Source: Candidatus Omnitrophota bacterium
GTDB lineage: Bacteria; Omnitrophota; Gorgyraeia; Zapsychrales; Zapsychraceae
Length of the DNA stretch: 64,000 bases
Direction of reading: 5' to 3'
Assembly (NCBI GenBank): GCA_035292445.1
Contig: DATDQB010000010.1
Span: forward strand, 3,563 to 67,562
Within the stretch, counting starts at the first letter, position 1. Each line of letters begins with the position of its first letter. Positions 36,530 through 46,334 of the stretch are shown piece after piece. The translations under genes and the position numbers were made by a program. The notes below the pieces were generated by a model that did not search any database, was not told where the DNA came from, and saw nothing but the letters and a program-made list of their open reading frames with translations.

Positions 36530-38260
36530 TCAGGTTTTTTTCCGCCATTCTTCCATAACAGCCTCCATTAAGGGAGCAATGGTCTTCTCGGAAAAATCAA
36601 AGCGTATGCCAGCGGCCTCATAAAGCTCAGGGATGGTCCTGGAGCCGCCCAACGCCAACGCTTTCTTGTAATGGCCGAGGGCTTTCTTCGGATCTTTCTT
36701 GGCTGTCAGCCATAACTGCAACGCCCCCAGCTGAGCAATGCCGTATTCGATATAATAAAAAGGCACCTCAAAAATATGCAGCTGGCGGTGCCACAGATAT
36801 TCATGCTCGGATTCCAGCCCCTGCCAATCCACATACCCCGAACCGAACCGCCAGCGGATACGAATCCATTCCTGACTGCGCTGTTGCGGCGTATGATCGG
36901 GATTTTCATAGAGCCAGTGCTGAAAACAATCTACAATGGCCACCCAAACAAGCGTAAAAACGACATCTTTAAAATGATCGCTGATCGAGCGGTCCGTTTC
37001 CTCTTCATTATAAAAAACGCTGATCCGCTCATCGGGCAAGATCTCCATGGCCATGGACGCGACCTCATTGAATTCCATGGGCCCGTGCCGGTAGTCGAAC
37101 AACGGATCATGGCGGCAGGCCAACGAATGGAACGCATGGCCGGCTTCATGAAGGAGGGTGCGCATATCCGAATCCAGGCCGACCGCGTTCATGAAAATAA
37201 AAGGAAGCCGCGCTTCGTGCAGCGCGTGCTGGTAGCCGCCGGGCGCCTTGCCTTTGCGGCTTTCCAGGTCCAGCAAGCCTTCATCCGCCATCAAAGCGAA
37301 ATGCGCGCCCAATTCTTCGTCCATATCCGAAAATATCTTCTTGCAGCCTTCGACCAATTCTTCGACGCGCTCAAAGGGCTTAAGCGGCGGTTGCGCCGCC
37401 GGATCAACGGCCAGGTCCCATGGCCTCAAGGCATCGAGTTTCATTTTCTTTTTTCTCTCCTCAAGGATCCGCCCCATGAGCGGAACGACGATGCGCTCGA
37501 TTGTTTGATGATAATGCTTACAATCCTGCGGCGTATAATCAAAACGCCCCAGGGCTTTGAACTTGTAATCGCGGTAATTGTCAAATCCCGCGTTCTTGGC
37601 CATCTGAGTACGCAGCTTGAGCATCCGGCCAAACAGATCGTCCAGCCTGCCTTTGTCCTTGAGCCGCCGATGGGCTGACTTCAGCCACGCCTTTTCGCGA
37701 AGGCCGCGGTCAAGCTCGACCAGATACTTGCCCATCTGGGGCAGCGTATGCTCCTTCCCTTTGAATGAAATCGTCATCGCGGCGCAAATGGCCTGGTATT
37801 CCTGGCCCAAAAGCTCTTCTTGCGTTGACAAAGCGACGTTTTCCTCTACGAAGAGTTCAAGTTCGTTCTTTATCTCACGCTCATAAACGCCGTAACGCTT
37901 TTTATCGAGAGGATGCTCTTTCGCCGCCTCAAAAAATCTTTTATTCAACTTATCGTCCATTTGTTTGATGATCGGCTCGATCGTTTCGATAAATTTCTTG
38001 TACGCGTCAGTGCGCTTGGCATCATCGGTCTGGCAGGTCATCAGGATATAAACGATCGCCCCCTCCTGACTAAGGACGGCATCCAGTTCGCTGCGCTCTA
38101 ACAGCCAACGTTCCAAATCTTTGGTAGAGGCCATGGGCCGCTCAAGAAGCCGTTGGTACAGTAATTCAACAGTTTGGGGGTTTTGAAGGTCCACGTCTTT
38201 GGGAACGAAGCTTCGCGACTGAAACCTGGAAAGATTAAGAGAGTTTGCGGTTAAATTCAT
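36530..38260 (-). CDS. M3B oligoendopeptidase F family
   Basis: RKGKAPGGY, PFIFMN, LLHEAGHAFH, EVASMAME, HIFEVPFYYIEY. Confidence 0.93.
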   Translation of the reverse strand: MNLTANSLNLSRFQSRSFVPKDVDLQNPQTVELLYQRLLERPMASTKDLERWLLERSELDAVLSQEGAIVYILMTCQTDDAKRTDAYKKFIETIEPIIKQMDDKLNKRFFEAAKEHPLDKKRYGVYEREIKNELELFVEENVALSTQEELLGQEYQAICAAMTISFKGKEHTLPQMGKYLVELDRGLREKAWLKSAHRRLKDKGRLDDLFGRMLKLRTQMAKNAGFDNYRDYKFKALGRFDYTPQDCKHYHQTIERIVVPLMGRILEERKKKMKLDALRPWDLAVDPAAQPPLKPFERVEELVEGCKKIFSDMDEELGAHFALMADEGLLDLESRKGKAPGGYQHALHEARLPFIFMNAVGLDSDMRTLLHEAGHAFHSLACRHDPLFDYRHGPMEFNEVASMAMEILPDERISVFYNEEETDRSISDHFKDVVFTLVWVAIVDCFQHWLYENPDHTPQQRSQEWIRIRWRFGSGYVDWQGLESEHEYLWHRQLHIFEVPFYYIEYGIAQLGALQLWLTAKKDPKKALGHYKKALALGGSRTIPELYEAAGIRFDFSEKTIAPLMEAVMEEWRKKT

Positions 38261-38353
38261 GGCTTAATTTTAAGGAAATACAGATTATTCAATCTAACAA
38301 ATTTTATCGGCCGGCACACCAAATTTATTGATTATTTACCACAGACTTAACTC

Positions 38354-38381
38354 TTGACATCGCAGGGATAATGAGTATACT
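38354..38381 (+). promoter_or_regulatory. Sigma70-like promoter of rpmB
   Basis: TTGACA-16 nt-TATACT, 42 nt upstream of the rpmB ATG. Confidence 0.7.
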
Positions 38382-38423
38382 TGTTTTCAAGATTTAACTT
38401 AAAATAATAAATAGGTGAGCGGC

Positions 38424-38648
38424 ATGAAAGTATGCATTATTTGTGGCAAGGGATCGATTCCCGGAAATAAATACAAAAGACGTGGTCAGATCAAACGTAC
38501 CGGTGGGGCCGGCTCTAAAATCGTCGGTAAAACCCTGCGCGTCTTTAAACCCAACCTTCAGAAGATCAAAATCCGCTTGGAAGGCACTGTCAAGCGCGTC
38601 AACGTCTGCACCGGATGCATCAAAGCCGGAAAAATCGTAAAAGCGTAA
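38424..38648 (+). CDS. rpmB: 50S ribosomal protein L28
   Basis: MKVCIICGK...FKPNLQK...VCTGCIK; AGGTGAG RBS. Confidence 0.93.
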   Translation: MKVCIICGKGSIPGNKYKRRGQIKRTGGAGSKIVGKTLRVFKPNLQKIKIRLEGTVKRVNVCTGCIKAGKIVKA

Positions 38649-38653
38649 ATTTC

Positions 38654-38738
38654 GTTAATAGCTAATAGTTAATGGTTAATGGTTAATAGTGCGATGTTGT
38701 CCGATTTCCCTATTCACTATTAACTATTTACGATTAAC
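38654..38738. repeat. Inverted heptamer tandem array between convergent rpmB and recJ (possible terminator)
   Basis: gttaata-gctaata-gttaatg-gttaatg-gttaata-g...ctattca-ctattaa-ctattta-cgattaa-c. Confidence 0.85.
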
Positions 38739-38751
38739 AAACAACCCACTT

Positions 38752-40440
38752 TCATTCGCTTAACCTGATATCTTTCAACTTCAACTGCGTTTCCGGCGCT
38801 TTATTCCAATCATCGATAGCCAGTTCGTAAGCCAAATCAATCGGTTTGCCTTGCCTGATCAGATCCGCCTCATCCGCCATACCGAAACCGACCGCCGAGA
38901 TCGATGTTTGCCCGTCCGTCACCCAAAACTTCAACGTATCCCGACCCATGATCCTTGGATAGCCGACAACATCAAGCTTGCGTGAACAAAAGATGGGCGC
39001 CGGATTGGCCTCACCAAACGGCTCCATGGACTCGACAATCTGCGCCAATTCCATATTCACCGTATTCAAAGGGATCTCGCAATCAATGGCGAGAACTGGA
39101 GTTAATTTCTTCAACTCCAGAAGCCGGTCAGCGAGTTTGTTGATCCCGCGGCGGAACGGATCGATATTTTCTTCCTTGATGGTTAAGCCTGCCGCGCCTT
39201 CATGGCCACCGAATTGCTCCAGCCAATCCGAACAATTGGCCAAGGCATCATGCAAATGAAACCCTTCAATGCTCCTGGCCGAGGCCGTGCCTATCCCTTC
39301 TTCCAAGGAGATCACAACCGCCGGGCGGTAATACCGCTCTGCGATCTTCGACGCCACTATTCCCAAAACCCCCTTATGCCATCCTTCACGGCTTAAAACG
39401 ATCACTTTCTCATTATTAAAATTGATCTCCTGGTCGATCATCTCCAGCGCCTGCTGGACGATCTCCCGTTGCGTTTTTTGGCGGGCGTTATTATGCCGTT
39501 CTAAAGCTTTCGCCAGCGCTAAAGCTTTGATGGGGTCCTTGGCTAAAAGAAGGTCTAACGACGTGTGCGCCGTATCCATCCTCCCGGCGGCATTGATGCG
39601 CGGGCCTAAAATAAAACCCACATGGTACGGGCTGATCTTCTTTTTGCCATCGATGCGCGCCACTTCCATCAACGCCTGAAGCCCTATGTTCTTCGTTTGA
39701 GAGATGGTGGGAAGCCCGGCTTTCACAAAAATACGGTTCTCTCCGCGAAGAGGCGCCACGTCCGTAATGGTCCCCAGCGCCGCCATATGCAGGATTTCCG
39801 GATCGATCGTTCCGGTCATGGCCTGCGTTAATTTGGCAACAAGGCCTACGGATGCCAGGTCACGAAAAGGATAATTACAATCATTTTGCTTGGGATTAAT
39901 GATGGCGAGCGCCTTCGGAATGCGCTTATGCGCCGGCTCATGGTGGTCGATGATGATGACATCAATGCCTTCGTTCTTGATCGCTTCCACTTCATCATAG
40001 GCCGTAATGCCGCAGTCAACGGCGATCAAAAGCCCCACGCCCTGAGCTTTGGCTATTTTGGCGATACCATGATTTAATCCATAACCGTCATCCATCCTGT
40101 GAGGGATATGTGTAAGGACATTGATGCCCATCGCTGTCAAAAGCTCATAAAGCATGGCCGATGAAGTTACGCCGTCTACGTCGTAATCACCGTGAATGAG
40201 GACGTTCTCTTTATTTTTTTGGGCGTGGCGGATCCTCGCCACGGCCTTTTCCATATCTTTAATAAGGAAAGGATCATGCAGATGGGATAAATCAGCGCAA
40301 AGAAACTGCTCGGCCTCTTTCCTGTCCGTGATATTACGGTTAATAAGAAGCTGGGCAACGATAGGATGAATCTTTAAACCGTCGCTTAACTCGCGTTGCG
40401 CTTGAGGGTTCGGATCTTTAAAGGACCAGATTCTTTGCAT
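38752..40440 (-). CDS. recJ: Single-stranded-DNA-specific exonuclease RecJ
   Basis: GDYDVDG, DCG, DHH, PRINAAGR, SARS, FGGH..AAG, EPFG..NP.P. Confidence 0.96.
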   Translation of the reverse strand: MQRIWSFKDPNPQAQRELSDGLKIHPIVAQLLINRNITDRKEAEQFLCADLSHLHDPFLIKDMEKAVARIRHAQKNKENVLIHGDYDVDGVTSSAMLYELLTAMGINVLTHIPHRMDDGYGLNHGIAKIAKAQGVGLLIAVDCGITAYDEVEAIKNEGIDVIIIDHHEPAHKRIPKALAIINPKQNDCNYPFRDLASVGLVAKLTQAMTGTIDPEILHMAALGTITDVAPLRGENRIFVKAGLPTISQTKNIGLQALMEVARIDGKKKISPYHVGFILGPRINAAGRMDTAHTSLDLLLAKDPIKALALAKALERHNNARQKTQREIVQQALEMIDQEINFNNEKVIVLSREGWHKGVLGIVASKIAERYYRPAVVISLEEGIGTASARSIEGFHLHDALANCSDWLEQFGGHEGAAGLTIKEENIDPFRRGINKLADRLLELKKLTPVLAIDCEIPLNTVNMELAQIVESMEPFGEANPAPIFCSRKLDVVGYPRIMGRDTLKFWVTDGQTSISAVGFGMADEADLIRQGKPIDLAYELAIDDWNKAPETQLKLKDIRLSE

Positions 40441-40441
40441 A

Positions 40442-42112
40442 TCACATTTGCTGCGGGGCATTGACCCCTAATAATTTCAAGCCGTTGGCGATAACGATGC
40501 GCGATGCGTTGACAAGCCCAAGGCGTTGGGCGGAAAGGTTCACATCGTCACTGATCACGCGATGTTTGTCATAGAAGCGATGAAAAACGGATGCCAACTC
40601 TTGAAGATAGCTAACTAGCGGATAAGGATCCCATTGGGCGTAACACGCCAGAAGCGTATCGGGAAAATAGCCCAATTTCTTGATCAAATCCAACTCCTCT
40701 TCTTCATTGAGCAAATCGAATTTATCTTGGGAGATCTTAACGCCCGTTTCTTTCGCCTTTTTATTCATACTATACACCCGCGCATGCCCATATTGAACAT
40801 AATAAACGGGATTCTCAGGCGTCTGCTTTTTAGCCAGGTCCAGATCGAACTCCAAATGGGCACTGATATGGCGCATCATAAAGAAAAACCGGGCCGCATC
40901 AGATCCGACCTCATCAAGGACTTCCCTTAAACTGATATACTGGCCTCGCCTGGTTGACATGGAGAGCTCTTTCCCGTCACGGTAAATGGTGGCCAGTTGA
41001 ACAATGAGCACCTTGAGCGCCTCGCGATCTTTCCCCAGCGCTTCAACCGCCGCCGTCAGCCGCGGGATGTACCCATGATGGTCCGGCCCCCAAATATTGA
41101 CGACTTTTTCAAAACCGCGTTCAAATTTATTTTTATGGTACACAATGTCCGGCGTTATATAGGTGTAACTGCCGTCGCTTTTCTCAAGGACGCGGTCTTT
41201 GTCATCGCCAAAATCGGTTGACTTAAACCACAAAGCACTGTCTTTCTCATAAATAAAGCCCTTCTCCCCTAGATAATCAAGAATAGCCTCAATGTTCTTT
41301 TTGGTCGCGATCTTCGATTGATACGACCACACATCGAAGTGGACGCCGAAATCTTCCAACTCCTTCTTGATGATATCCATCAAATAATTGACGCCAAAAT
41401 GCATGAAATCTGCATCGATTTTTTTCTTTAAACCATCAACGGAAGATACCTTATTTTTTTCCATGAAAATGCGGGCCATGTCCTTGATGTATTCGCCCTG
41501 ATAGTGATCTTCCGGGAAAGTAATCTTCTCACCAAGGATTTCCAACGCGCGCGATTTGAGCGATTGGCCTAAGATATTGATCTGGTTGCCTTCGTCATTG
41601 ACGTAATATTCTTTCGTCACATCAAAACCAACGAACCTTAAGATATTCCCCAAGGCATCCCCCACGGCTCCCTGGCGGGCATGAGCCACACTTAATGGCC
41701 CGGTCGGATTGGCGCTGACAAATTCAATCTGTACTTTCTTGCCTGCGCCGACCTGGCTGCGGCCGTACGCGTCCCCCTCTTTGAATATTTGTGTGAGAAT
41801 ACCACTTAACGCATGCGACGTAAGATAAAAATTAATAAAACCCGGCTTTATGAAATCGACTTTAGCCACATCCGCTGCAAGAACAGTATTAGCAAAAGAA
41901 CCTGAAATGACTCCACTAAACTTTTCAGCGATGACAATAGGAGGCTGTTGCAGTTGCTTGGATGAAATTAAAGCAAAATTACAGGAAAGATCTCCATGGG
42001 CTTTATTTGCAGGTGTTTCTAATCTTATCTCTGGAATTATTAGAGCAGGATAGGTCTCTTGAACAAGGCCTTGAAGGTGAGCTTGAAGTTGTTTCTTGAA
42101 ATCGTTTAACAT
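40442..42112 (-). CDS. argS: Arginine--tRNA ligase
   Basis: EFVSANPTGPL.V.HAR, EYYVND.G.Q, DDKDRV, MSTRRG, NPVYYVQY.HAR. Confidence 0.96.
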   Translation of the reverse strand: MLNDFKKQLQAHLQGLVQETYPALIIPEIRLETPANKAHGDLSCNFALISSKQLQQPPIVIAEKFSGVISGSFANTVLAADVAKVDFIKPGFINFYLTSHALSGILTQIFKEGDAYGRSQVGAGKKVQIEFVSANPTGPLSVAHARQGAVGDALGNILRFVGFDVTKEYYVNDEGNQINILGQSLKSRALEILGEKITFPEDHYQGEYIKDMARIFMEKNKVSSVDGLKKKIDADFMHFGVNYLMDIIKKELEDFGVHFDVWSYQSKIATKKNIEAILDYLGEKGFIYEKDSALWFKSTDFGDDKDRVLEKSDGSYTYITPDIVYHKNKFERGFEKVVNIWGPDHHGYIPRLTAAVEALGKDREALKVLIVQLATIYRDGKELSMSTRRGQYISLREVLDEVGSDAARFFFMMRHISAHLEFDLDLAKKQTPENPVYYVQYGHARVYSMNKKAKETGVKISQDKFDLLNEEEELDLIKKLGYFPDTLLACYAQWDPYPLVSYLQELASVFHRFYDKHRVISDDVNLSAQRLGLVNASRIVIANGLKLLGVNAPQQM

Positions 42113-42113
42113 A

Positions 42114-42195
42114 TTTCGTACCTCGTACTTCGTACATCGTACATCGTGAAGATTCCCAAATGCGAAGTACGAAGTACGAAAGACGAAGTACGAAA
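42114..42195. repeat. Inverted heptamer tandem array between rsfS and argS
   Basis: ttcgtac-ctcgtac-ttcgtac-atcgtac-atcgt...tgcgaag-tacgaag-tacgaaa-gacgaag-tacgaaa. Confidence 0.88.
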
Positions 42196-42205
42196 ATGGG
42201 TGAAT

Positions 42206-42580
42206 CTATTCCCAGTTAATCGCTTTAGCCTCCTGCCATAACCCTTCCAGATTATAGAACTCCCTGACCTGCTTCTGGAAAATATGGGTGACGACATCCC
42301 CGGTATCGAAAACGATCCAGTTGGATTTACGCATGCCGAGAGTGGCTTTGATACGGTGGCCCCGCTTGCTCAATTCTTCTTCGATATGATCGGCAATGGC
42401 ACCCACATGACGGTCGGAAGTGCCGGAGCAGATGACAAAATAATCGCAAAAGTTTATGAGCTTACGCATATCAAGAACAACGATATCCTCTGCCTTCTTA
42501 TCTGAAGCAAACTTTGCGATTGATTTGGTGATATTTCTTGAACTGATGGAAGCTTGTTTAATAGCAGGCACCCTCTCCAC
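42206..42580 (-). CDS. rsfS: Ribosome silencing factor
   Basis: DKKAEDIVVLD, DYFVICSG.S.RH, W...D.GDVV.HIF....R.FY.LE.LW. Confidence 0.93.
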   Translation of the reverse strand: MERVPAIKQASISSRNITKSIAKFASDKKAEDIVVLDMRKLINFCDYFVICSGTSDRHVGAIADHIEEELSKRGHRIKATLGMRKSNWIVFDTGDVVTHIFQKQVREFYNLEGLWQEAKAINWE

Positions 42581-42669
42581 GCAAGAATATCAATGGCTGA
42601 TGGCTATACCTTTTAAACCTTCTCGGTCTGCTATTATTTTTATAGCATAATTTCGGAAGATGGAAAATC

Positions 42670-42840
42670 TTATTTCTTTAATTTTTCGGCTTGGTCTTTA
42701 CCGAGAACTCGCCAACATTCGTGAGTTCCAGTAGGAGACTTGGCAATGGCGAAAAAGCGGCCGCCTTTTTGCTTTACGGTAAAGTCTGAGGTGTTGAATT
42801 TTTTCTTGGTCTTTACATCATAGAATGATAATTCTGCCAT
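42670..42840 (-). CDS. 56-aa basic protein resembling crenarchaeal chromatin protein CC1 (absent from ORF track)
   Basis: MAELSFYDVKTKKKFNTSDFTVKQKGGRFFAIAKSPTGTHECWRVLGKDQAEKLKK*; AGGAGG RBS and its own promoter. Confidence 0.8.
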   Translation of the reverse strand: MAELSFYDVKTKKKFNTSDFTVKQKGGRFFAIAKSPTGTHECWRVLGKDQAEKLKK

Positions 42841-42879
42841 GTGTTTCCTCCTACGGTTGATTGTTAAATATTGTCCTTG

Positions 42880-42908
42880 AGTTTAACTGAATAAATTTAA
42901 GTTGTCAA
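42880..42908 (-). promoter_or_regulatory. Sigma70-like promoter of the 56-aa gene
   Basis: Minus strand TTGACA-17 nt-TAAACT. Confidence 0.7.
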
Positions 42909-42933
42909 ACCAAAAAAGCTGAAACTGATTCAT

Positions 42934-44208
42934 TTAATTGCGAATCCCAAATAACGAATGAATTTCTTTTTCCTGATCGTTCGTCAGCGGGCCGATCAAG
43001 GCCAGGTTAAAACGCTTGGGATCGAGGATATGCTTGGCAACGCGCCGCACATCCGATGGCGTTATCTTCTTGAGTTCATTGACGACCTCATGCCTCGTAT
43101 GTAGGCGGTTGCGGCTCATGAGGCTTTCCCCCATCCAGATCATATGTTCCATTGTGTCTTCTAAACCTAACAGGATTTGGCCTATGACATATTCCCTGGC
43201 CCTTTTAAATTCTTCCTGCCCGACATTCGCCGCCTTGATCCTCTCCAGCTCCTTCAATATCAGCCCCAGCGCTTGCGTGAGCCTTTGATTATCAACGCCC
43301 GCCTTGATGAGAAAAATGCCGGTATCGGCCAGCGGTTTATTGTAACTGGAGATCGAATACGCGAGCCCATGCTTTTCCCGCACCTCGACGAACAGGCGGC
43401 TGCTCATGTTCCCGCCTAAAATGACGCTTAACAGGCTTAAAACGTAGCGCTCCTTCTGAAATTGGTTGTAGCCCAGCATCCCCAATGCCAAATGCATCTG
43501 CTCGATATCTTTTTTGTGCAGATTTAACCGGGGGGCGCTCTGGGCATTGACCGCTTTGATAAATCCTTTACCCGCGGAACCGGCCGCGCGACCCAGTTTT
43601 CTTTTGGCCGCCTGAACAAGCTTGGTGTGGGAGATCTTGCCACAGGCCACGATTGCCGCGTTACCGGCGCCGTAATACGTCTTATGGAAATCCGAAAGGT
43701 TCTCTTTGGTCGTTGAGCCGACGCTTTCGACCGTCCCGGCCAAGCTTTTGCCCAACGGATGGTTCGGCCAAACCAATCCATCCAGCAGTTCCATCACATG
43801 GTATTGAGGGATATCATGGTACATCTTGATCTCTTCCATGATGACGGTCTTCTCTTTATTGAGTTCCTCGGTTTTCATATTAGGGAAAAACGCCATGTCG
43901 GCCAAGACATCAAAAGTCTGATCGAAATGTTTGGCCGGGATCTTGGCATGATAGCACGTTTGCTCCTCAGCGGTAAACGCGTTCAGTGAGCCACCGACCC
44001 CTTCGATCAATTGCTTGATCTCCTCGCAGGCATACTTTTGGCTTCCTTTAAAGACCATGTGTTCCAAAAAATGCGCGGCGCCCTTGATGTGGTCCTCTTC
44101 GTAACGGCCGCCGGCATTGAACCAGAAGCCTAAGGCGACACTATCGCGATCTTTCATTTCGTGGGAAACGATTCTTAAGCCATTGGGGAGAATTTCTTTT
44201 TTATACAT
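42934..44208 (-). CDS. M16B zinc peptidase (pitrilysin family)
   Basis: AHFLEHM.FKG, NAFT..E, GG.MSSRLF.EVREK.GLAY. Confidence 0.93.
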   Translation of the reverse strand: MYKKEILPNGLRIVSHEMKDRDSVALGFWFNAGGRYEEDHIKGAAHFLEHMVFKGSQKYACEEIKQLIEGVGGSLNAFTAEEQTCYHAKIPAKHFDQTFDVLADMAFFPNMKTEELNKEKTVIMEEIKMYHDIPQYHVMELLDGLVWPNHPLGKSLAGTVESVGSTTKENLSDFHKTYYGAGNAAIVACGKISHTKLVQAAKRKLGRAAGSAGKGFIKAVNAQSAPRLNLHKKDIEQMHLALGMLGYNQFQKERYVLSLLSVILGGNMSSRLFVEVREKHGLAYSISSYNKPLADTGIFLIKAGVDNQRLTQALGLILKELERIKAANVGQEEFKRAREYVIGQILLGLEDTMEHMIWMGESLMSRNRLHTRHEVVNELKKITPSDVRRVAKHILDPKRFNLALIGPLTNDQEKEIHSLFGIRN

Positions 44209-44993
44209 TAACGAAGGCCTTTCATAAGCTGATCGACAAATGCAGAAACTTTTTTAACCGACCCACGGGTTTTATAGATCTGATTGACGATGGCACTGCC
44301 GATTATAACGCCGTCAGCGATTTTGGCGACAGCGCGCACCTGCTCTTTGGTCGAAACGCCAAACCCCACACAGACTGGTTTAGCCGTTAAGCGCTTGGCC
44401 AAACGTACTTGGCTTTTAATGGTTTCGGGAAGCTTGCTGCGCGCTCCGGTGACGCCGGTCAAAGAAACGTAGTAAATGAACCCGGTTGACGCCTTGGCGA
44501 TGAGCTGCATGCGTTTCTTGGTAGTTGTCGGTGCAATAAAAAATACCGTTGCCAGATCATTCTTTCTAGCTGCTTGAGTTAGTTTATGGCTTTCTTCGGG
44601 GGGCAGATCGGGAATGATGACGCCATCCACGCCGCTTGATCTTGCCTTCTTTATGAACTGCTCTTCGCCACGATGGAAAACAGGATTGAAATACGTCATG
44701 AGCGCGATCGGCATATTGCTCTTTTGCCGGATACGGGAAACGAGCTGAAAGATCTTATCTAACGTAACGCCTTTGCCTAACGCCCGTTGCGAGGATGCCT
44801 GAATGGTCGGCCCGTCCGCCAACGGATCGGAAAATGGCACGCCCAGCTCAACAATATCCACGCCGATTCTTTCGAAGGCAATGACCAATGCTTCGGTAGC
44901 TTTAAGGGACGGATCGCCTGCGGTGATGAAAGCGATGAAGGCTTTTTCCCGTCGTTTTCTTAATTCATTAAATTTTTTGGTAATACGATTCAT
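44208..44993 (-). CDS. trpA: Tryptophan synthase alpha chain
   Basis: ELGVPFSDPLADGPTIQ, PDLP.EE, GFIYYVS..GVTG, VGFG, GSAIV. Confidence 0.97.
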   Translation of the reverse strand: MNRITKKFNELRKRREKAFIAFITAGDPSLKATEALVIAFERIGVDIVELGVPFSDPLADGPTIQASSQRALGKGVTLDKIFQLVSRIRQKSNMPIALMTYFNPVFHRGEEQFIKKARSSGVDGVIIPDLPPEESHKLTQAARKNDLATVFFIAPTTTKKRMQLIAKASTGFIYYVSLTGVTGARSKLPETIKSQVRLAKRLTAKPVCVGFGVSTKEQVRAVAKIADGVIIGSAIVNQIYKTRGSVKKVSAFVDQLMKGLR

Positions 44994-45003
44994 AATTAAT
45001 CCT

Positions 45004-45059
45004 GCAGGGGCAACCTTTATGGTTGCCCGTTATCGGGCAGACGCAAGGCCTGCCCCTAC
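45004..45059. repeat. Composite GTAG-type palindromic repeat; supplies the TAG stop of trpB
   Basis: GCAGGGGCAACCTTTATGGTTGCCC-N6-GGGCAGACGCAAGGCCTGCCCCTAC. Confidence 0.9.
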
Positions 45060-46237
45060 ATCAAATCCTTTATCGAATTCATATCCTTGTCACCTCTACC
45101 GGACAAACAAACAATGACCGTTTTCTTTCCTTTTACCTTCCTCGCCAACTTTTCTAAATACGCGATCGCATGGGCCGTTTCCAACGCCGGGATGATCCCT
45201 TCCGTCCTCGATAACAGCTTAAGTCCTTCAATAGCTTCTTTATCATTAATTGAAACGTATTGCGCCCGTTTAATTTTCTTATAGTACGAATGCTCCGGCC
45301 CGACACCGGGATAATCCAGCCCGGCCGCGATCGAATGCGCTACTTTGATCTGGCCGTCGCGCGTTTGTAACAGATCTGATTTGCTCCCATGAAGGACGCC
45401 GATCTCCCCCATCGCCAACGGCGCCGAGTGATGGCCTGATTGCAATCCCAGCCCGGCCGCCTCAACTCCGATCATTTTTACTCTCTTGTCATTGAAGAAA
45501 GTATGGAACAGCCCCATCGCGTTACTGCCGCCGCCGACACAGGCCAGCAGATAATCCGGCAATTTCTTTTCTTTGGCCAAAAATTGCTTTCGGGCTTCAC
45601 GGCCGATGACCGATTGGAATTCGCGCACCATCAAAGGATACGGATGCGGGCCGGCCACGGAGCCGATAATATAAAATGTGTTCTGAACATTGGTGACCCA
45701 ATCGCGAATGGCTTCATTCATCGCGTCTTTAAGTGTCTGCGATCCCGAAGTGACGGTAATGACCTTGGCTCCCAGAAGCTTCATCCGGTCCACATTAAGC
45801 GCTTGGCGCTTGGTGTCCTGCGCTCCCATGTAGATCTCGCATTGCAACCCCATAAGCGCAGCTGCGGTTGCGGTCGCCACACCGTGCTGGCCGGCGCCGG
45901 TTTCGGCGATGATACGGGTCTTGCCCATGCGCTTGGCGATCAATACCTGGCCTAAGGTGTTATTGATCTTGTGCGCACCCGTATGGAGTAGGTCCTCGCG
46001 TTTTAAATACACTTTAAGCCTTCCCACATGCTCGCTTAGACGTTTCGCGTAATACAAACTCGTGGGCCGGCCGGCGTATTCCTTCAGATAATAATCCAAC
46101 TCCCGATGGAATTTTCTGTCCTTCCTGAGGGCAGAAAACGTCCTTTGCAGTTCGTCCAGAAGCGCCATCAGCGTCTCAGGGACGAACCGCCCGCCGAAGG
46201 GACCGAAATGGCCATTTTTATCGGGTAATTTATTCAT
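45056..46237 (-). CDS. trpB: Tryptophan synthase beta chain
   Basis: [49 protein letters not shown]. Confidence 0.97.
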   Translation of the reverse strand: MNKLPDKNGHFGPFGGRFVPETLMALLDELQRTFSALRKDRKFHRELDYYLKEYAGRPTSLYYAKRLSEHVGRLKVYLKREDLLHTGAHKINNTLGQVLIAKRMGKTRIIAETGAGQHGVATATAAALMGLQCEIYMGAQDTKRQALNVDRMKLLGAKVITVTSGSQTLKDAMNEAIRDWVTNVQNTFYIIGSVAGPHPYPLMVREFQSVIGREARKQFLAKEKKLPDYLLACVGGGSNAMGLFHTFFNDKRVKMIGVEAAGLGLQSGHHSAPLAMGEIGVLHGSKSDLLQTRDGQIKVAHSIAAGLDYPGVGPEHSYYKKIKRAQYVSINDKEAIEGLKLLSRTEGIIPALETAHAIAYLEKLARKVKGKKTVIVCLSGRGDKDMNSIKDLM

Positions 46238-46305
46238 ATCACTTCCTAAAATTGAATTCCTATTGGAACATAAAATTATGGGTATGTCAATCTTTCATAC
46301 CCATC

Positions 46306-46334
46306 GTAGGGACAGTACATTGTGCTGTCCCTAC
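46306..46334. repeat. GTAG-type palindromic repeat; supplies the TAG stop of the HtpX-like gene
   Basis: GTAGGGACAGTACATTGTGCTGTCCCTAC; a separate hairpin lies at 46278-46304. Confidence 0.85.

Noticed and set aside
42114-42195. Short periodic repeats as a possible CRISPR array (also 4504, 10441, 38654)
   Set aside because: Units are 7-8 bp, adjacent and inverted, with no unique spacers and no cas genes.
42106-42297. 63-aa ORF with RTS/YDVR repeats (and 10423-10605 with VTSN/VTGN repeats)
   Set aside because: Peptide periodicity comes from the heptamer arrays, and the ORFs overlap real genes.
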